From Raillietiella orientalis (lineage: Eukaryota): a stretch of 64,000 bases of DNA. Shown here piece by piece: positions 1 through 12,110 of the stretch; positions within the stretch are counted from its first letter, which is position 1, and each line of letters opens with the position of its first letter. The DNA is taken from the NCBI GenBank assembly GCA_036172245.1, contig JAYWIR010000002.1, positions 5,208,001 through 5,272,000 of the forward strand, given 5' to 3'. Position numbers and translations under genes: made by a program. The notes under the pieces are model-generated. The model was given only the letters and a program-made list of their open reading frames with translations, was not told the DNA's origin and did not search any database.

Positions 1-956
1 CGCCGCCATCCTCAGAGAGCAGCGTTTCCAGTGGATGGGCGCTCAACTATGGTGTGAAGCTCTAGCGACCGTCGCCATCCTTCTTCCTTCCTCGTTTCCA
101 TTCTCCACGTTTCCACGGAAATCTTTGCCTGCCCGTCACAAGCTTCCCTGCCTTGCGTCTGTGGGCGCTGAGCGCGCTCCCCCGGCCTGAAGGCCAAACG
201 ACTCCACGGCTCACGGTCCACCGGGTCCGCATGGACCTCCCGAAAGCGCCTCCCAGAGTAAGGTCAGCTCGAGGAGAGTATCTTTCCGAAAGAAGCTGTC
301 CCCGGGGGGGGGAGCTCTGTCCACGGGAGCGGGTGCGCTTCCCCCCTCCAGCCTTCGGATCCCAGGGGAGGTCCCCGCCGTGTTCTCTGTCCCTGAATGC
401 GCACGGACAGCATTCCGCGCGAAGGGAGGGCTGCCAAGGCGATCGCTCTCCCGCGTGGAAATGGAGTCTGCTCCTCGAATCCCGCCGACGCGATTGGGTG
501 CCCCAGGGCGTGAGAGGAGTCCGGGAGCACCCAAGAGGCTGCGCGCAGGTTCGTGTGCCGCCGCGCTCCGCTGCAGAACGCCTCTTCGTCGCCTCCAGCG
601 GGGCCGGAAGATCCCCCTGCGCATCCGCGCATCTCGTGGCACGGAGGGTTGGGGAGCAAGGAAGGATTTGCTAGGCCGGGAGGAGCCGCCGCCGCGCACG
701 CTGGGAACGAGGCAGGTCATCATCAGCTTCTGCAACTGCTGAAGTCTCCTCCACCCTCCCTCCACGGCTCCGAACCCCGGAACCCTTCCCACTCCCCACC
801 CCCATCCCCTCCATTTGCGGGGATAGGGAAGAAGGGACAGACGGAAATTTTCCCTGCTGTTTTCGAAGCTGCCACGGAGATAGCGCTGCAAAGATTCGGA
901 ACGGAAGCCTCCAGAGTGTAGACAGCATCGCTCGCTGCTGCGCCTTCCTCCATCCA

Positions 957-1010
957 TCTCCCTTCGGAGAGGTGACCCTCCGAAGAAAGGGTCACCTCTC
1001 CGAAGGGAGA
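957..1010. repeat. Perfect 23-bp inverted repeat with 8-nt loop
   Basis: TCTCCCTTCGGAGAGGTGACCCT (957-979), loop CCGAAGAA, AGGGTCACCTCTCCGAAGGGAGA (988-1010). Confidence 0.95.
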
Positions 1011-1445
1011 AGCGTGCTTCTTAATACCTTGAAGAGACAAACCCTCCGAAGGGGGCATCAACTAGCTCCACGGCACGGCTCCCTTTTCGCAACCGGGGGC
1101 AAGGGGAACCCCAAAGGGCTCCTTAATTCCCGGAAGGAACTCTTGGAAGAAACTCCTCGATTTCCAATCCTGGAGGCCAGTCAAAGGGGGGTTTTTACAC
1201 CCGGGTGCGCCGGGGCGTTTATTTTTTAGTAAAAACAAACAAACAGTCAAAGGGGGGTGGGACATCCATGGGTTCCCAGTTTTCACCAGAGCCACCACAT
1301 CTGGAGCCAATCCATTATCCGCGGGGAGTGGAGGAGAACCCAATATCCCCCCATTTCTTGGAGTCGATCCTTCCCTCTCGGGGAGGGATTCGAACCCGCG
1401 ACTCCTGGTGCCGCGGCCCCCTCCCGCTGCAGCCGCACGGCCAGA
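995..1445 (-). mobile_element. tRNA-derived SINE-like repeat, copy 1
   Basis: Minus-strand B box GGTTCGAATCCC (1385-1396). The 26-mer 1385-1410 is identical to 31580-31605, and further collinear blocks (GAAGGGAGAAGCG; ATCAACYAGCTCCAYGGYACGGCTCC) are shared with copy 3. Boundaries approximate. Confidence 0.65.
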
Positions 1446-2039
1446 GGAGAGGAGGACGCAGACGCACCCGGGGACCTGGGAGGGAAGTTCGTGCTCCTCC
1501 GCTTGTAAGTGCAGCTGCTGCAAAGGTCAGGTGGGCAGCGGCGAACGCTCCAGGCGCGCTGGTGCAAGCAGCAAAGCGGAAAGCGGATGTCCCCCGGGTC
1601 TCCCACTCTCGATCTCCTGGAAGGACGTGGCAACCCACTGCGGACTCCCCACGACCGCCGGAAAGGAGCAGCTCTCTCCGAGACTCGGGGGAACTCACGG
1701 AAACAAACATCCTGGGAGGTCTGCACGTGCTCGTGCGGGCATAACAAAAGGGGGAGGAACGCTTTCTTTGACCGCACCCCGTGGCAAGGGTGGGACGCTG
1801 CCGGCTTGCAGAGGTGCCGGGAGACAACCTAGAGGATGTGGGTGTCCACACCTCGACTGAAAAACGGTCAAAGAGTCTCCTGAGCCGGCCATGCCGAGGG
1901 GTTCCCCTCGTACAGCTCGCCAGGCGTCGCGTGGACCTCGGACGAGAGACGGAGCATTCCAGTGCGCGGCGGAGAGACGGCGCCCATTCACTGGAAACGC
2001 TGCTCTCTGTGGATGGCGGCGCGCAGCATCCGAGGCGGG

Positions 2040-2260
2040 GTTGTCGTTGTTGTCGTTACCATTGTCATTGTCGTTGTCATAGTTCTCTTTATCATCGTTA
2101 AGGTCCTCTTCCTCGTCATCGTTGTTGTAATTGACATTGTCGTTGTCGTTGTCGTCGTCGCTATTGTTGTCGTCGTCGATGTCGTTGTTGTCGTCGTCGT
2201 TGTTGTTGATGATGATGATGAGGAGGAGGAGGAGGAGGAAGAGGGAGAGGGAGAGGGAGG
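2040..2260. repeat. Compound degenerate trinucleotide tract (GTT/GTC/ATT, then GAT, GAG, GAGAGG)
   Basis: Directly visible; produces poly-V, poly-T and D/N pseudo-ORFs. Confidence 0.9.
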
Positions 2261-5200
2261 GGGAAAGAGAATGGGCTGGTGCCATTCGTAGGCAAACGTG
2301 TCTCTTAGACCTTCTGCGAGGCGCCCTGAAGCGGAAGCAGCCGCAGTGACCTCCGGCTTCAGGAACTCCCTCAAGGCCAGAAAGGGAAGGAGGGGAGGTT
2401 CCCTGGGGGAGGGCAGGGAAGAGCTGTGTCCTCCGAGGGAGGCCCGCATCACTCCGGGTCACAGCGCGCGCGAAATGAGCGCCGGGAGAGGAGGAAGACG
2501 GCAGCGTCCGCGACTGTCGAAGGAGGGATCGGTTTGTCCTCGAGGAGCCCGGAATGTACAGAGGAGGAGAGGAGGTAGTTTCTGACGAGGTGGAGAGTCC
2601 GGAGGGGGAGGACGTCTCAGGACGTCCCCTCCAGGGATGCGGGCGCTCAAGGAGTGAAAGTGACGGCTCTTCCCGAAACGGAGAAGGAGGGGAGGCATGT
2701 CGTCCTTTGTCTGAACGAGAAATCTTCGGGGGATTATCCGAGCCCCAAGAGCGGTCCATTATCAAAGATGCTTTCTCGGGAAGCTGTTCTCCGCCTTCCT
2801 CCTCTTCCTGCAGAGAGCGGTTCTCGTGACGCGCGTTCGGGACGCCCGGACGGGAAGCAGCGCGTCCCTGGCTCTCCGGACAGGTCCAGGGTCCGCGGGA
2901 TGCGCGTCCCACGGTATCAGCCTCCTCCATAACAACCGGCGACCCTCGTGTGCCGTTCGCAGGCGGGCGGCGATGCCGCAAAGGGAGTCGTCCGGAGTCG
3001 CCGGCTGCGCCCCTCGGACGTCCCTCCAAAGAGCTCTGCTCCCTCCGGAAGAGAAACGCCGGAAGGGCGAGAAGGTCGCCCTCGGCTTTTGCTGCTCCCG
3101 CGGTTTACGAGAAAGGAGCAGCTCGCGTTCCGGGAGGAGGGCCGGGTCGATGCGAGCTGTCCCTTGGGTCAAAGGAAGGGGAGCGCGCGTGGCGACCGCA
3201 ACGACGAAGGTTGTAAGCTCCTCCGCCTCGCCCGTGGAAGCGCTGCCGTCGCCCTCCCAGCTCACTCTCGTGAGCGCTTAAGGAGGACGAAACTGACGTT
3301 TCTCTCCGCGTCTGGTTGCGGCGCTGCGCGGAAAGGCGGAACGCCAGTGCGGGGGGTGGCCCTCGCTCCGACTAGCCTCCTTTCCGTCTGCAGGCGCTGA
3401 GGAGCGCGGAGGAAGGGAGATGAAGAGTGTCTCACTCCTCTCTCCCCCTCCTCTCGAGGCGCTCCTCGTGGGCGCTCAGTGTCAACGGGGGAGAGCGGAC
3501 GCGGGGGAGACCAAGGGGAAGCTGCTCGCCCGGGAGAGCGTTGTTATCCTCCGCCACTGGGCACGTCTTTTGCGAACTCCAGACGCTCCCAGGTGCTGCA
3601 GGTGCCGGAGAGCCGCCTTCGGCAAACGGCCACGCTCACCAACGTCGCCTTGGCGACGGGTGCTGGCGCGCGCGCGCGCGCTATCCGACGGGCGCCCTTC
3701 CCGGCAGCGTCTTCGAGAGGGCAGGCAGGGTAGGGGGCTTTCTAGTCCTATCCTGAAAGTCGATTCCTCCTCGCAGAGGGGCGATAGAGCGCGCGTACCT
3801 CTTCCCTCGTGACGGGGCGGCTGTGCGATACCTGGCGGCCCACTTCCGCGACTTTGCTCGCTGCGAATGCTTACCTGCAGACGGCCGGAGCAGCCGGCTC
3901 TGCAGGTGCGGACGCCGTGGTGAGAGGCACGCCGCAAGTGTCGGCGTCCCGCGAGCTGGAAGAGGGAGGAGAGGTGACCAGTGAGGAAGAGGCGGGGGGG
4001 TGATGGATCGTGCCTGCGACCACGCAGGCACCATCAAGTGGGAGTACGCTGCGCTCCAGGCTGAATGCCGTCTCGGAAAACCCCCCTCCGATTCTTATCT
4101 CCGGTTCTCAGATGGCTCCAGTGTCCTCCTCCCTTCGTCTACCTTCCCTCCGTTAGTCCCAGGCATTTCCCTCCGCCGTCCGCTTCCTCCTGTTCATCAA
4201 CTCGATCTTAGATGGCAGCACTGCAAAAACCGGACGCCTGTCTGCCGTTCGCGTTCGCATTAATCACTAGGGGGCCTGCTTCCTCCCCAGCGGGACGCGC
4301 TGTTTACGGTTTCCTCCAGCTTCCCCGAAACATCCTAGCACGACAGCGGAAGCATCTTGACACCTGTTACTCGCGAGGCGCTCTTCAATGTTTGTGCTGG
4401 CATTGCCGTGGCAAACACCTGAGCACGAGCCTAGCTCTGTGTTTACCGAAAGCTCCCTCTGTTCGCTTCCCGGAACGCTCAGCAGCCGACCCACCACACG
4501 CCAGCGGAGCGCCTCCTCGCGTCGCGTAGACGATGCTGCCGCCGGCATCCGACGGAGCCGCGCGCCTGCCTCCTCCCCCTTGCTCTGCCGCCAACCCGTT
4601 CCCCGAGCAGAACTCCCCCTTTGCCGTTGAGACCCGGGAAGTTTCTTCACCCTCCGAGCTCCCGGTGCGCGTTCCCGTGCGACACTCATCGCCGCAGTGC
4701 GTGCGCGAAGGGAATGAGTACGCGCGGGGGAGGAAGGGAAGGGGGTGCGGAGATGAAAGGGGGTCTGTCCTCGGAGCGGGCGTTCATCACGCAGGTGACG
4801 CTCCCCAAGGAGGCTCCCCTCGGTTCCCCCGAGTTGAGCGGGTGGGGTCCTCGTAGTGGCGTCACCTCCGAGGGAGACGACCAGCCCGGTCCCCTCCCCT
4901 ACGTTCGAGGGCCGACGTCGTTTCGCTGCCAGAAGATTCCCCGTCGGAGGACGCGGCTCTGGTTCAAGAGGGGAAGACGTCCCCTCGAGATTTCCTCGGC
5001 AGAGGAAAGGGGGGAGGGGAGGAACGACTCTTGGTGGCGCGACAAGCCGGGCTCGAGCGGACTGACCATCCCCCTGGGAGGTGGCCTGACTTCAGGCAGG
5101 ATGGTAGCGAGCTACCGGGATCTCCCATGCCCTCCTCCGGGGAGCAGCTTCTTGTCCTAGACCCCAGATAGGTGGAGCGTCTAATGCAGGGACAGAGCAT

Positions 5201-8200
5201 TTTCCTCCCCGAGGAACCCGGGATCTCCCGCAAGTCCGGGCGGCGCAAGTGTCGGGGTCTTCACGCTGCCTCCGCACGCTTCCAGGGAAGACACCCAGGT
5301 CCCGACCCAGAATTCTCTCTTCCCTACCCATCGGAAGCGTGGCGTTTCGACCTCCCTTTCCTAGGGAACCGGGTGGCTGAGAGAAACGGGGGAATGACGG
5401 CGCGGCTCCGCACGCGCGGCGTCGCAGCCTCCGCGGAAGCGCCACCGCTCCGGGAAGCGCCGGCAACTCCTCCTCCTCCTCATTCCCCCCCCCCCCCCTT
5501 CGGAGAACTCCACTGGTGCCAGCAGCGGTGCGGAGCCGCCTGCAACCTTCTGGGAGGCACCTCTACTCGCACGTCCCTCGGTGCGGAAGGTCAAGTGGGG
5601 TGGGGACAGAGAACGCCCCTCTCTCAAGGAGGAACAGAGAAGGAGGAGGGGGGGGGCGTCGAATCCGCTTCCCCTGCTCCCAGACGGTTCGCAACGGGAT
5701 CGTCCCTTCCCCGGGAAGCGCCTCCGGGCGGCCCCATCTTCCCGCCTTCAACCCTCCAGAGGCGGGACCTCTTGCTCCGTGCCCCCTGGAGAGGTAGTGC
5801 CAGACTGAGCCCCTGCCCGCTGCCGAGGCTGCGGATGGGGACCCTTCCCAGGCTGCCCGGAATGGACGCGCCGGATGCCCGCTCGCGCCGAGAGAGATCG
5901 TTCCCGCCGGAAGGGGTCGCCGGAGTGGACGAGCGGGTCAACTTCGCTGGCAGGATGCTTCCTGAGGCTAGGGGCTCTGCAGAGAGGGGGCAGGGCTCCC
6001 GGGACCCCGCTCGACTGCATCGGAGGGCCTGCCCACGGTGGTGGCATGACCTCTGCGTGCCTCCAGAGCAGGGAGTAGGGCTCCCCCTCCGTCGAAAAAG
6101 GGAAAGGAACGAGAGAGCGCGTGCGCCAGGAACGACGCCGCGAGACAAGTCGCTAGAGTAGCGGACTTCCCGTAAGGAGGGCGACTTTCCTATCGGAGCT
6201 CAACGCCCGACGTGATCACCATCTAGCGGCCAGCACGCAAAGCTCCTTCCCATGCTGGGGACGCGCCTGCGCGCGCTGCAGCGGGTTCCGGCAGCTTGGC
6301 CGGTGCAAGGCGGCGGCAGTTTCGGGACTCGAGCGCGCGGCTGGAGGATGTTCGACCTGTCCTCGAACAGGAAGGGTAGCACAAACCGTGGCGCCTCACC
6401 GAGGACAGCGACTCTGCCCTCACCCTCGCGGACCCCTCTTCGAGGCGGCAGCTTCCCGATTAGTCCGGGCAGTCCGGGTAGAGCCCCATCCGTGGCCTCA
6501 GGAGCGGGCGGGGGCTCGGTATGGCACGGCCTCTGCAGAGGGCGTGAGGCGAGGGCTCCCCCGCTGGAATGTTGCGGGCGGAAAGATGGGGAACCGTCTC
6601 GGAGGACGGAGGGAGAGGAGGAGGAGGAGGAACGGACCTGGATTCGAAGTGCTCCCCCTCCCCCCTTCGCTGCTCCTCCTCGAGAGAGAGGCTCCCACTG
6701 TCCCCCATCCCAACTGACCTTCCGCGACGAGGGAAGTGAGAGGAGGAGTCTTAGTACCGACGCTGCCGTGCGGAGGCTGAAGGCTTGGGAGGGGGAACCC
6801 TGCATCCAGGGGGGGGGCTTTGCGCCGGGATGCCCGTTGCCTCTCTGCCGCTCAGCCGCCTCTGTCCGCGGCTTCGACCGAGAAACCTCGACCAATACTG
6901 CGACCCCAAGGGGGTGGTGTCCTCGACCCGACGCTCTTCTGTTCCCCCCCTCCACCTCCCTCCTTGCGTCTTGCCTTCCACACGCTCGGACGTGAAGGAG
7001 GAGGGATCCTCGTCTCGGTTTTCGGGAGCTTGAAGGCGGTTGCTAAGGCGACGCGGCGGAGCGTGCTCGCCGGGCGCGTCTTCTAGGCTCCTCCTCCCTC
7101 TCCCTTTCTCTTATGATTGAGGGAGTGTGGGGATGAACAAGGCAGTAGGCGAGATCCCCAGGAGAAGCGGAAGAGGGGGGGGGAGAGGGCTGTTCACCCT
7201 CCCTTCTCACTTCGTCGAACGCGCCTTCGATATCATTCGACTCCGCTGGACCCTACGATCCCCCCGTATTGCCTCAGCCAGCAGGGAGCGGGTCCTGATT
7301 AAGAACGGCCAGTTTCCTCCTCCTTCCTCTCCCGCCCTTCCTTCCTCTGACCACGGTGCGCGCTCTTAGAGAGAAACCCCGACTCTCTGAATGGTCCGCT
7401 CGGGGCGCCACCATCGTCCAGGGAGCAGCAGGGGCGCCCCGTATAGGGCGGTGGAACCTCACAGCTGCAGGGGGTGCCCACTCCCTGCTGGCACTCGCCG
7501 TCGTCTTCTCGTCTCCAGCGCGCGCGCGCGAGTGGTGGCGGTAGAGAAGGAGGGAGAAGAATGCTGGGGGCTTGTTCGTTACCCTTTATTCTCGGACCAC
7601 GCCCTTTTCGACTCCTCCCCCCCACCTTCTTCTCCCGGAAGCGCGCGAAGAACCCTTTTGCATCGCCCCCACGGTGAGGGTGCGCGCGTCGATCCCGAGC
7701 CGTCGTCACGGTGACGAACCGCCGCCGCCGTCGTTCCAGAGACCCCGTCTGCTGCGCAGCGCGCGCGCTGCCTCAGCCCCGCGACCGAGGTCGCCTGCGG
7801 TTACCGGGCTGAGCCCAGGGCTGACCCGCCCGCCGACCTCCCTTCCCGGCCGAATAGGTAGTAGGTGCATGCGTGGGGCCTCCTCCCTGCCTGTGGACAG
7901 TGGTGTGGCGAGCAGCACCCTTTGCGGGGAAACCGGAGAGGGTGGCTCCAGATTGGCCGCTCTTCGGCGCGTAGTCATGTTCCCTACTTTCCCCCGCGCC
8001 GAAGGGGCAGTGGGGGCTCGACATTTTCTCCCTTACATCCGGCTGGTTCTCGGCCCTCCGGCCATTCGAGACGGCTGGGCAGACATCGATCTTTTTTCTT
8101 CTAGCTCGTCGAGGGGGGTGGCAGCTTTCGACTCCAAGGGTCGCTCTCGGGCAGGTGATGCCCGTGATCGGGACGGGAGACGATCCCGGGGCGACTTGCG

Positions 8201-8307
8201 CGCGCGCCCCTTCCCGCGTGAAGGGAGGAAAGGGTTGAGGGGAGCGCCGCTTCCGATAGGGAGGCCATGGGACGCGACCGTGGTGGCGTTCGCCAGCCGA
8301 GAGCCGG

Positions 8308-8453
8308 GCGACGTCGCGGGGCTACAGTATGGCACGCCGCCCGCCGAGCGCGCGCGCAGCCGGGCGCCGGCCCCGCGCCGAGCGACGTCGAGGGGCAACA
8401 ATGGCACGCCGCCCACCGAGCGCGCGCGCAGCCGGGCGACAGCTGCGCGCCGA
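8308..8453. repeat. Tandem duplication of a ~73-bp GC-rich unit
   Basis: 8308-8381 and 8382-8453 both read GCGACGTCG...ATGGCACGCCGCCCRCCGAGCGCGCGCGCAGCCGGGCG...GCGCCGA. Confidence 0.9.
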
Positions 8454-8566
8454 GGGAGTGCCGTGCCAGTTCGGCGTCGGTCCGCGCTCTGCCGAGGCGG
8501 CTGTGCTGCTCCCTCTCGGCCCCCGGACTCTGCAGTGAGCGCGGCGTAGCTCCGTGAACCCCCACG

Positions 8567-8573
8567 ATGGCAG
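8567..8573 (+). CDS. Candidate distal first coding exon (ATG GCA G|gt) of the KChIP-like gene
   Basis: cccacgATGGCAG|GTctgt: A at -3, G at +4, CAG|GT donor, phase 1. It lies at the end of a very GC/CpG-rich block with an Inr-like CCAGTT at 8466-8471. Linkage to KChIP is inference. Confidence 0.3.
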
Positions 8574-9978
8574 GTCTGTTTCTGTTGCTGTTGCACTTCT
8601 GAGCACGAGTTGTTTCCTTTTGCATTCAGCTAAAGGGAGATAGCGAGGGGGAGGGAGGGAGAACTTTGTGTTCCTTCGCTCGATGAAACGTCCCGTTGTG
8701 GTGAGGCAGGTGCTCGAAGCGCTCCACCCTTTCCATCTTTTTCGTGCCGGCGGCGATGCCGCCTTGTTTGGAAACGCGCCGGGAAAATGTCCGCCCTCGC
8801 GTCCAGGTTCCCGTCGAGGTCCTGCTGCTGAGGTCGGTGCTCGGGGAACGCGTCGCCCTTCACGCGCAAGGATTCACGCGAAACCTCCTCGTCCAGCTTC
8901 CTCTGAACAAGCAGAGGACGTTTCGGTGCCGACCCAGTCACCTGGTGATTTGCAGCAGGATGCATATCCGTGACTTGGACGGCGGTCGAGCGGGAATCCT
9001 TCAAAGATCCTCCTCCCGCCTCGACAGATGAGGTTCCGCAGAGTTCCAGAGGCGTGCGCGATGCTTCAAAAGGTTCCTCCTCCCCCCCGGTCAGGCAGGA
9101 TGCACGCCGTTTTCCCATTCCCAAAGACGCGCTGCCCAGTTGCTTTGCCGCCTTGGTCCTTCATAGAATAATCGTCGGCTCCGCGATCAGACTCTGCAAT
9201 TTGTGTGTGTTCCCAACAGGAAGACTGCTCGGCCGAGAGTTTCCGGCTGTGCGGCCGACCCTACGATCTGCCTTCCTGAAGGGCAACGAAGCGAATGACG
9301 TAGCAAAAATCATTTTTTGAATGCTAATTTCCTCATTTCGTTTTCCCGGACGCTAGGATCCCTCGAAGATTCATCTCAGAAACACTATCAGTCGCTCAGG
9401 TCTTCAGGTTCTCTCCGAAGGTGTACCCATCGCTGCGACATAAGGGATTTTTATCCGTGACATTGCGTGTCTGCAGCGAATATGCATCCCGCGAAGGAAA
9501 GATACGTGGTTGTAAGGAGGTGAGGGCATTCCCATCTGCTGAAGGAGAAAGCGCGATGGAAATCCCGAATTTCGTTCTAAAAATAAAACGGAAAATCAGA
9601 AATCGAATCAAACACCGCAGTAAGTGGTGTAGGAATTCTATTTCCGTGAGGACGTTCAGGGATACCAGCTCCCACGCGATAAGTGGAAATAATGGTTCTC
9701 GTTTTTCGCGGGATTTCCTGATCCCGAACCGCAGGATGACTTCTGTTTACGGAGTTGTTTGTTTGCCCGCTCTCCCGGATTCCGGAGTGCTTTCGCTCGA
9801 ATCACTTCGTTTTTACGCGTCTTCCTGCCGTTTTTTCCTACTGCTCGTGCGTGAGTTTCGTTCCTTGCGTTTCCCAGTCCACGGTCCGCAAACGAGCATG
9901 GGGGATCAAACCGGATTTGTTTTCACATCCCTCACCCTGAGCTCTTGATGCGTGCCAGAAGAATTTCCTACGTCGTGT

Positions 9979-10006
<28 letters not shown>
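9979..10006. repeat. (CA)14 microsatellite
   Basis: Directly visible. Confidence 0.97.
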
Positions 10007-10011
<5 letters not shown>

Positions 10012-11199
10012 TAAAAATACGCAGTTTGCGTGCCCATCTTTTGAGACGTTCGTGGGGGATTACGTTCTGTGTACGCGAGCGAATGTGTACGCTATCCACC
10101 GAGTCATCACCGGAAGGGGAAAATGCCGATACACGTCAGTGATGTGTATCGCTTGAATTATTTATGGGGGCAATTAATGCAAATTGTTTTATTGCCTACT
10201 GATTTTGTGGGAAGGATAGGGAGCACACCACACAGTGGATGGGGATTACGAGGAAGGTTGATCCTGAAAACCAACCAGCCATCATTTCCTTGTTGGGACC
10301 ACCGATGCTTGCTGCTGCTTAGGCCGGATTTTCTGTGCATGTGCGAACCGGTCATCCATCCATCCAGTCGTGTGGATACTGAGCTTATTCTCGTAGTTCT
10401 TCTCGTTCGATCTCTGCACCTCTTTGATGCTTTTTCTTCCCATCGGAGCTTTCTGCCGAAGCATGCTTGTTTTTGTCATCGCGAAGAATCGTACGAACAC
10501 GAATGCTGACTTGCAGTTCAAAGGAAAGCTATGACTTAGAGATCGGGAAGTTTCCTGTTTACCTTCAGGGAAAGTTTTTCAGAGTTTCTTTCTTTTTTTT
10601 TTTTTGATTTTCATACAAAAGAAAAAAGAAAAAAAAATGGAAACCGCTTTTCGTAATCGTCCCTCCCAGCAAAGGTACGAAGCGCGTGGTTGTGCGATCG
10701 CGAATCGAATGAACGTGAAAAACAAACAGGAAAAAAAAAGAAAAGAAAAAAAGAGAGACACGAGATGGGATGGGGAAAAATGGAGATGAGCAAGATAATT
10801 GCTTCGCAGAGAATCCGTTTTCATGATCCGTTAGAGCGGCGACTTCCCAGAGGAATAGGTCACTTATATTGGCCAGTCAGGTAAAGCGCCCCGGATGCAG
10901 CGTCTTACACATCGGCGGACGCTGCCTCCAAGCACGCAGTGTACGCAGTCGGTGGTGGATGGAGTAGAGATGGTAGTTGATGTTGGGCACGGGACCGATG
11001 ACCACCCCACGGTTCCTGTGCGCTTCCCTCACCGTTTTTTTTTTTTTTTTGTGATCCTCCGTCCCTCGTCGAGCTAACGAAACACGAACGGCTTCTCCGT
11101 GTGTCGTAAGCAGAAAAGCCGTCTCCTGCTGTGGATGACGTTATGGCTGTTTAGGGTGATCCAGACAGGAAAACTGGACTTACGGTTAGCTACAGTGTA

Positions 11200-12110
11200 A
11201 GCCTCTTAAGAGGCTCGCTTCACAAACGACTCGCTTCGCAAAGAGGCAGAAATCCCGGATTCCTCTATTGAAGTCGAGTAAAATTGTACATAAAGGCTTG
11301 AAGGAAGCTCGTCTCCGGAGCAACGGAGGTCGATCTACGAAAGCTGAGAGAACGGGGAAACGAAGAAGAAGAAGAAGAAGAAGAAGAAGAAGAAGAAGAA
11401 GAAAAAAGTGCCAAACAGTCTCAGGAAATTCTAAAGTAGTCTGCGATGAAGATCCACAATACATGCTGCAATGGGTATCGTAGGGAATTGGGAAAGAGAA
11501 TTTGTGGAAATGCTTTGTTTAATAAACCTTCATATTGCACATACAAAGGAGTGGGTTGATTTTTTTTGTCATTGACAGGACTGATTGCCTACTTGCTGGA
11601 AATGTGAAATCTGTAAGTTTCCTTGAAGAACTCTTTCCTAATTTTTCTGAAAGGACAAATGATCAGGAAGCCCAATGATTCATTTTTTTTCCCCTTTTCT
11701 TTATGGTTATTCTTTTAGCTTGAGCTTTCTCCTCCATCATGTTTTTCCCTCAGAGAAGCAACTGATTTCCTTCATTTTTTTTTTTTTTCCTGCGTCCTCA
11801 ATGGCATTTCATAGACACATTTTGAATTATCACTGATGATTTCTGATAAATGAAAGTCTACACACTGATTAAAGATCAACATAATTGAATATAGTAAAGT
11901 ATGTTAGATGTGAGATTAAAGGATTTTTAAGGCGCTCCATCATCCTATCTGAAGTTTTCCGAGCGAATTTGTTTTCGATGATTTTCTTGATGCTCGGAAA
12001 GAGATGAAGAATAACCGAATTCTTTGGCCACACCACTTGAGCACTTGGAAGTTTCGTAAAAGATAATAGGCTCCTCAAAATTCATTGCAACTCTGAAAAA
12101 TTTCATTCAA
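11200..12110 (-). mobile_element. Possible decayed hAT-like transposase relic
   Basis: AT-rich. VILHLFPSIKK...MERLKNPLISHLTYF resembles hAT RxLxxWPxLKxYF...LxNPxxxxYxxFL. A weak LPxxxAxxER-like motif lies near 11230. By eye. Confidence 0.3.
11362..11403. repeat. (GAA)14 microsatellite
   Basis: Directly visible. Confidence 0.97.

Noticed and set aside
905..955. Minus-strand EEGAAASDAVYTLE resembling the end of the SAMD5/SKIP N-terminal SAM
   Set aside because: Too short, and no SAM sequence precedes it.
1695..3029. 444-aa minus-strand ORF and other long GC-rich ORFs (e.g. 5172-6161, 7572-8549, 42843-44111, 59222-60313)
   Set aside because: R/G/P/S-rich, overlapping ORFs on both strands and no recognisable domain. 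Expected by chance at high GC.
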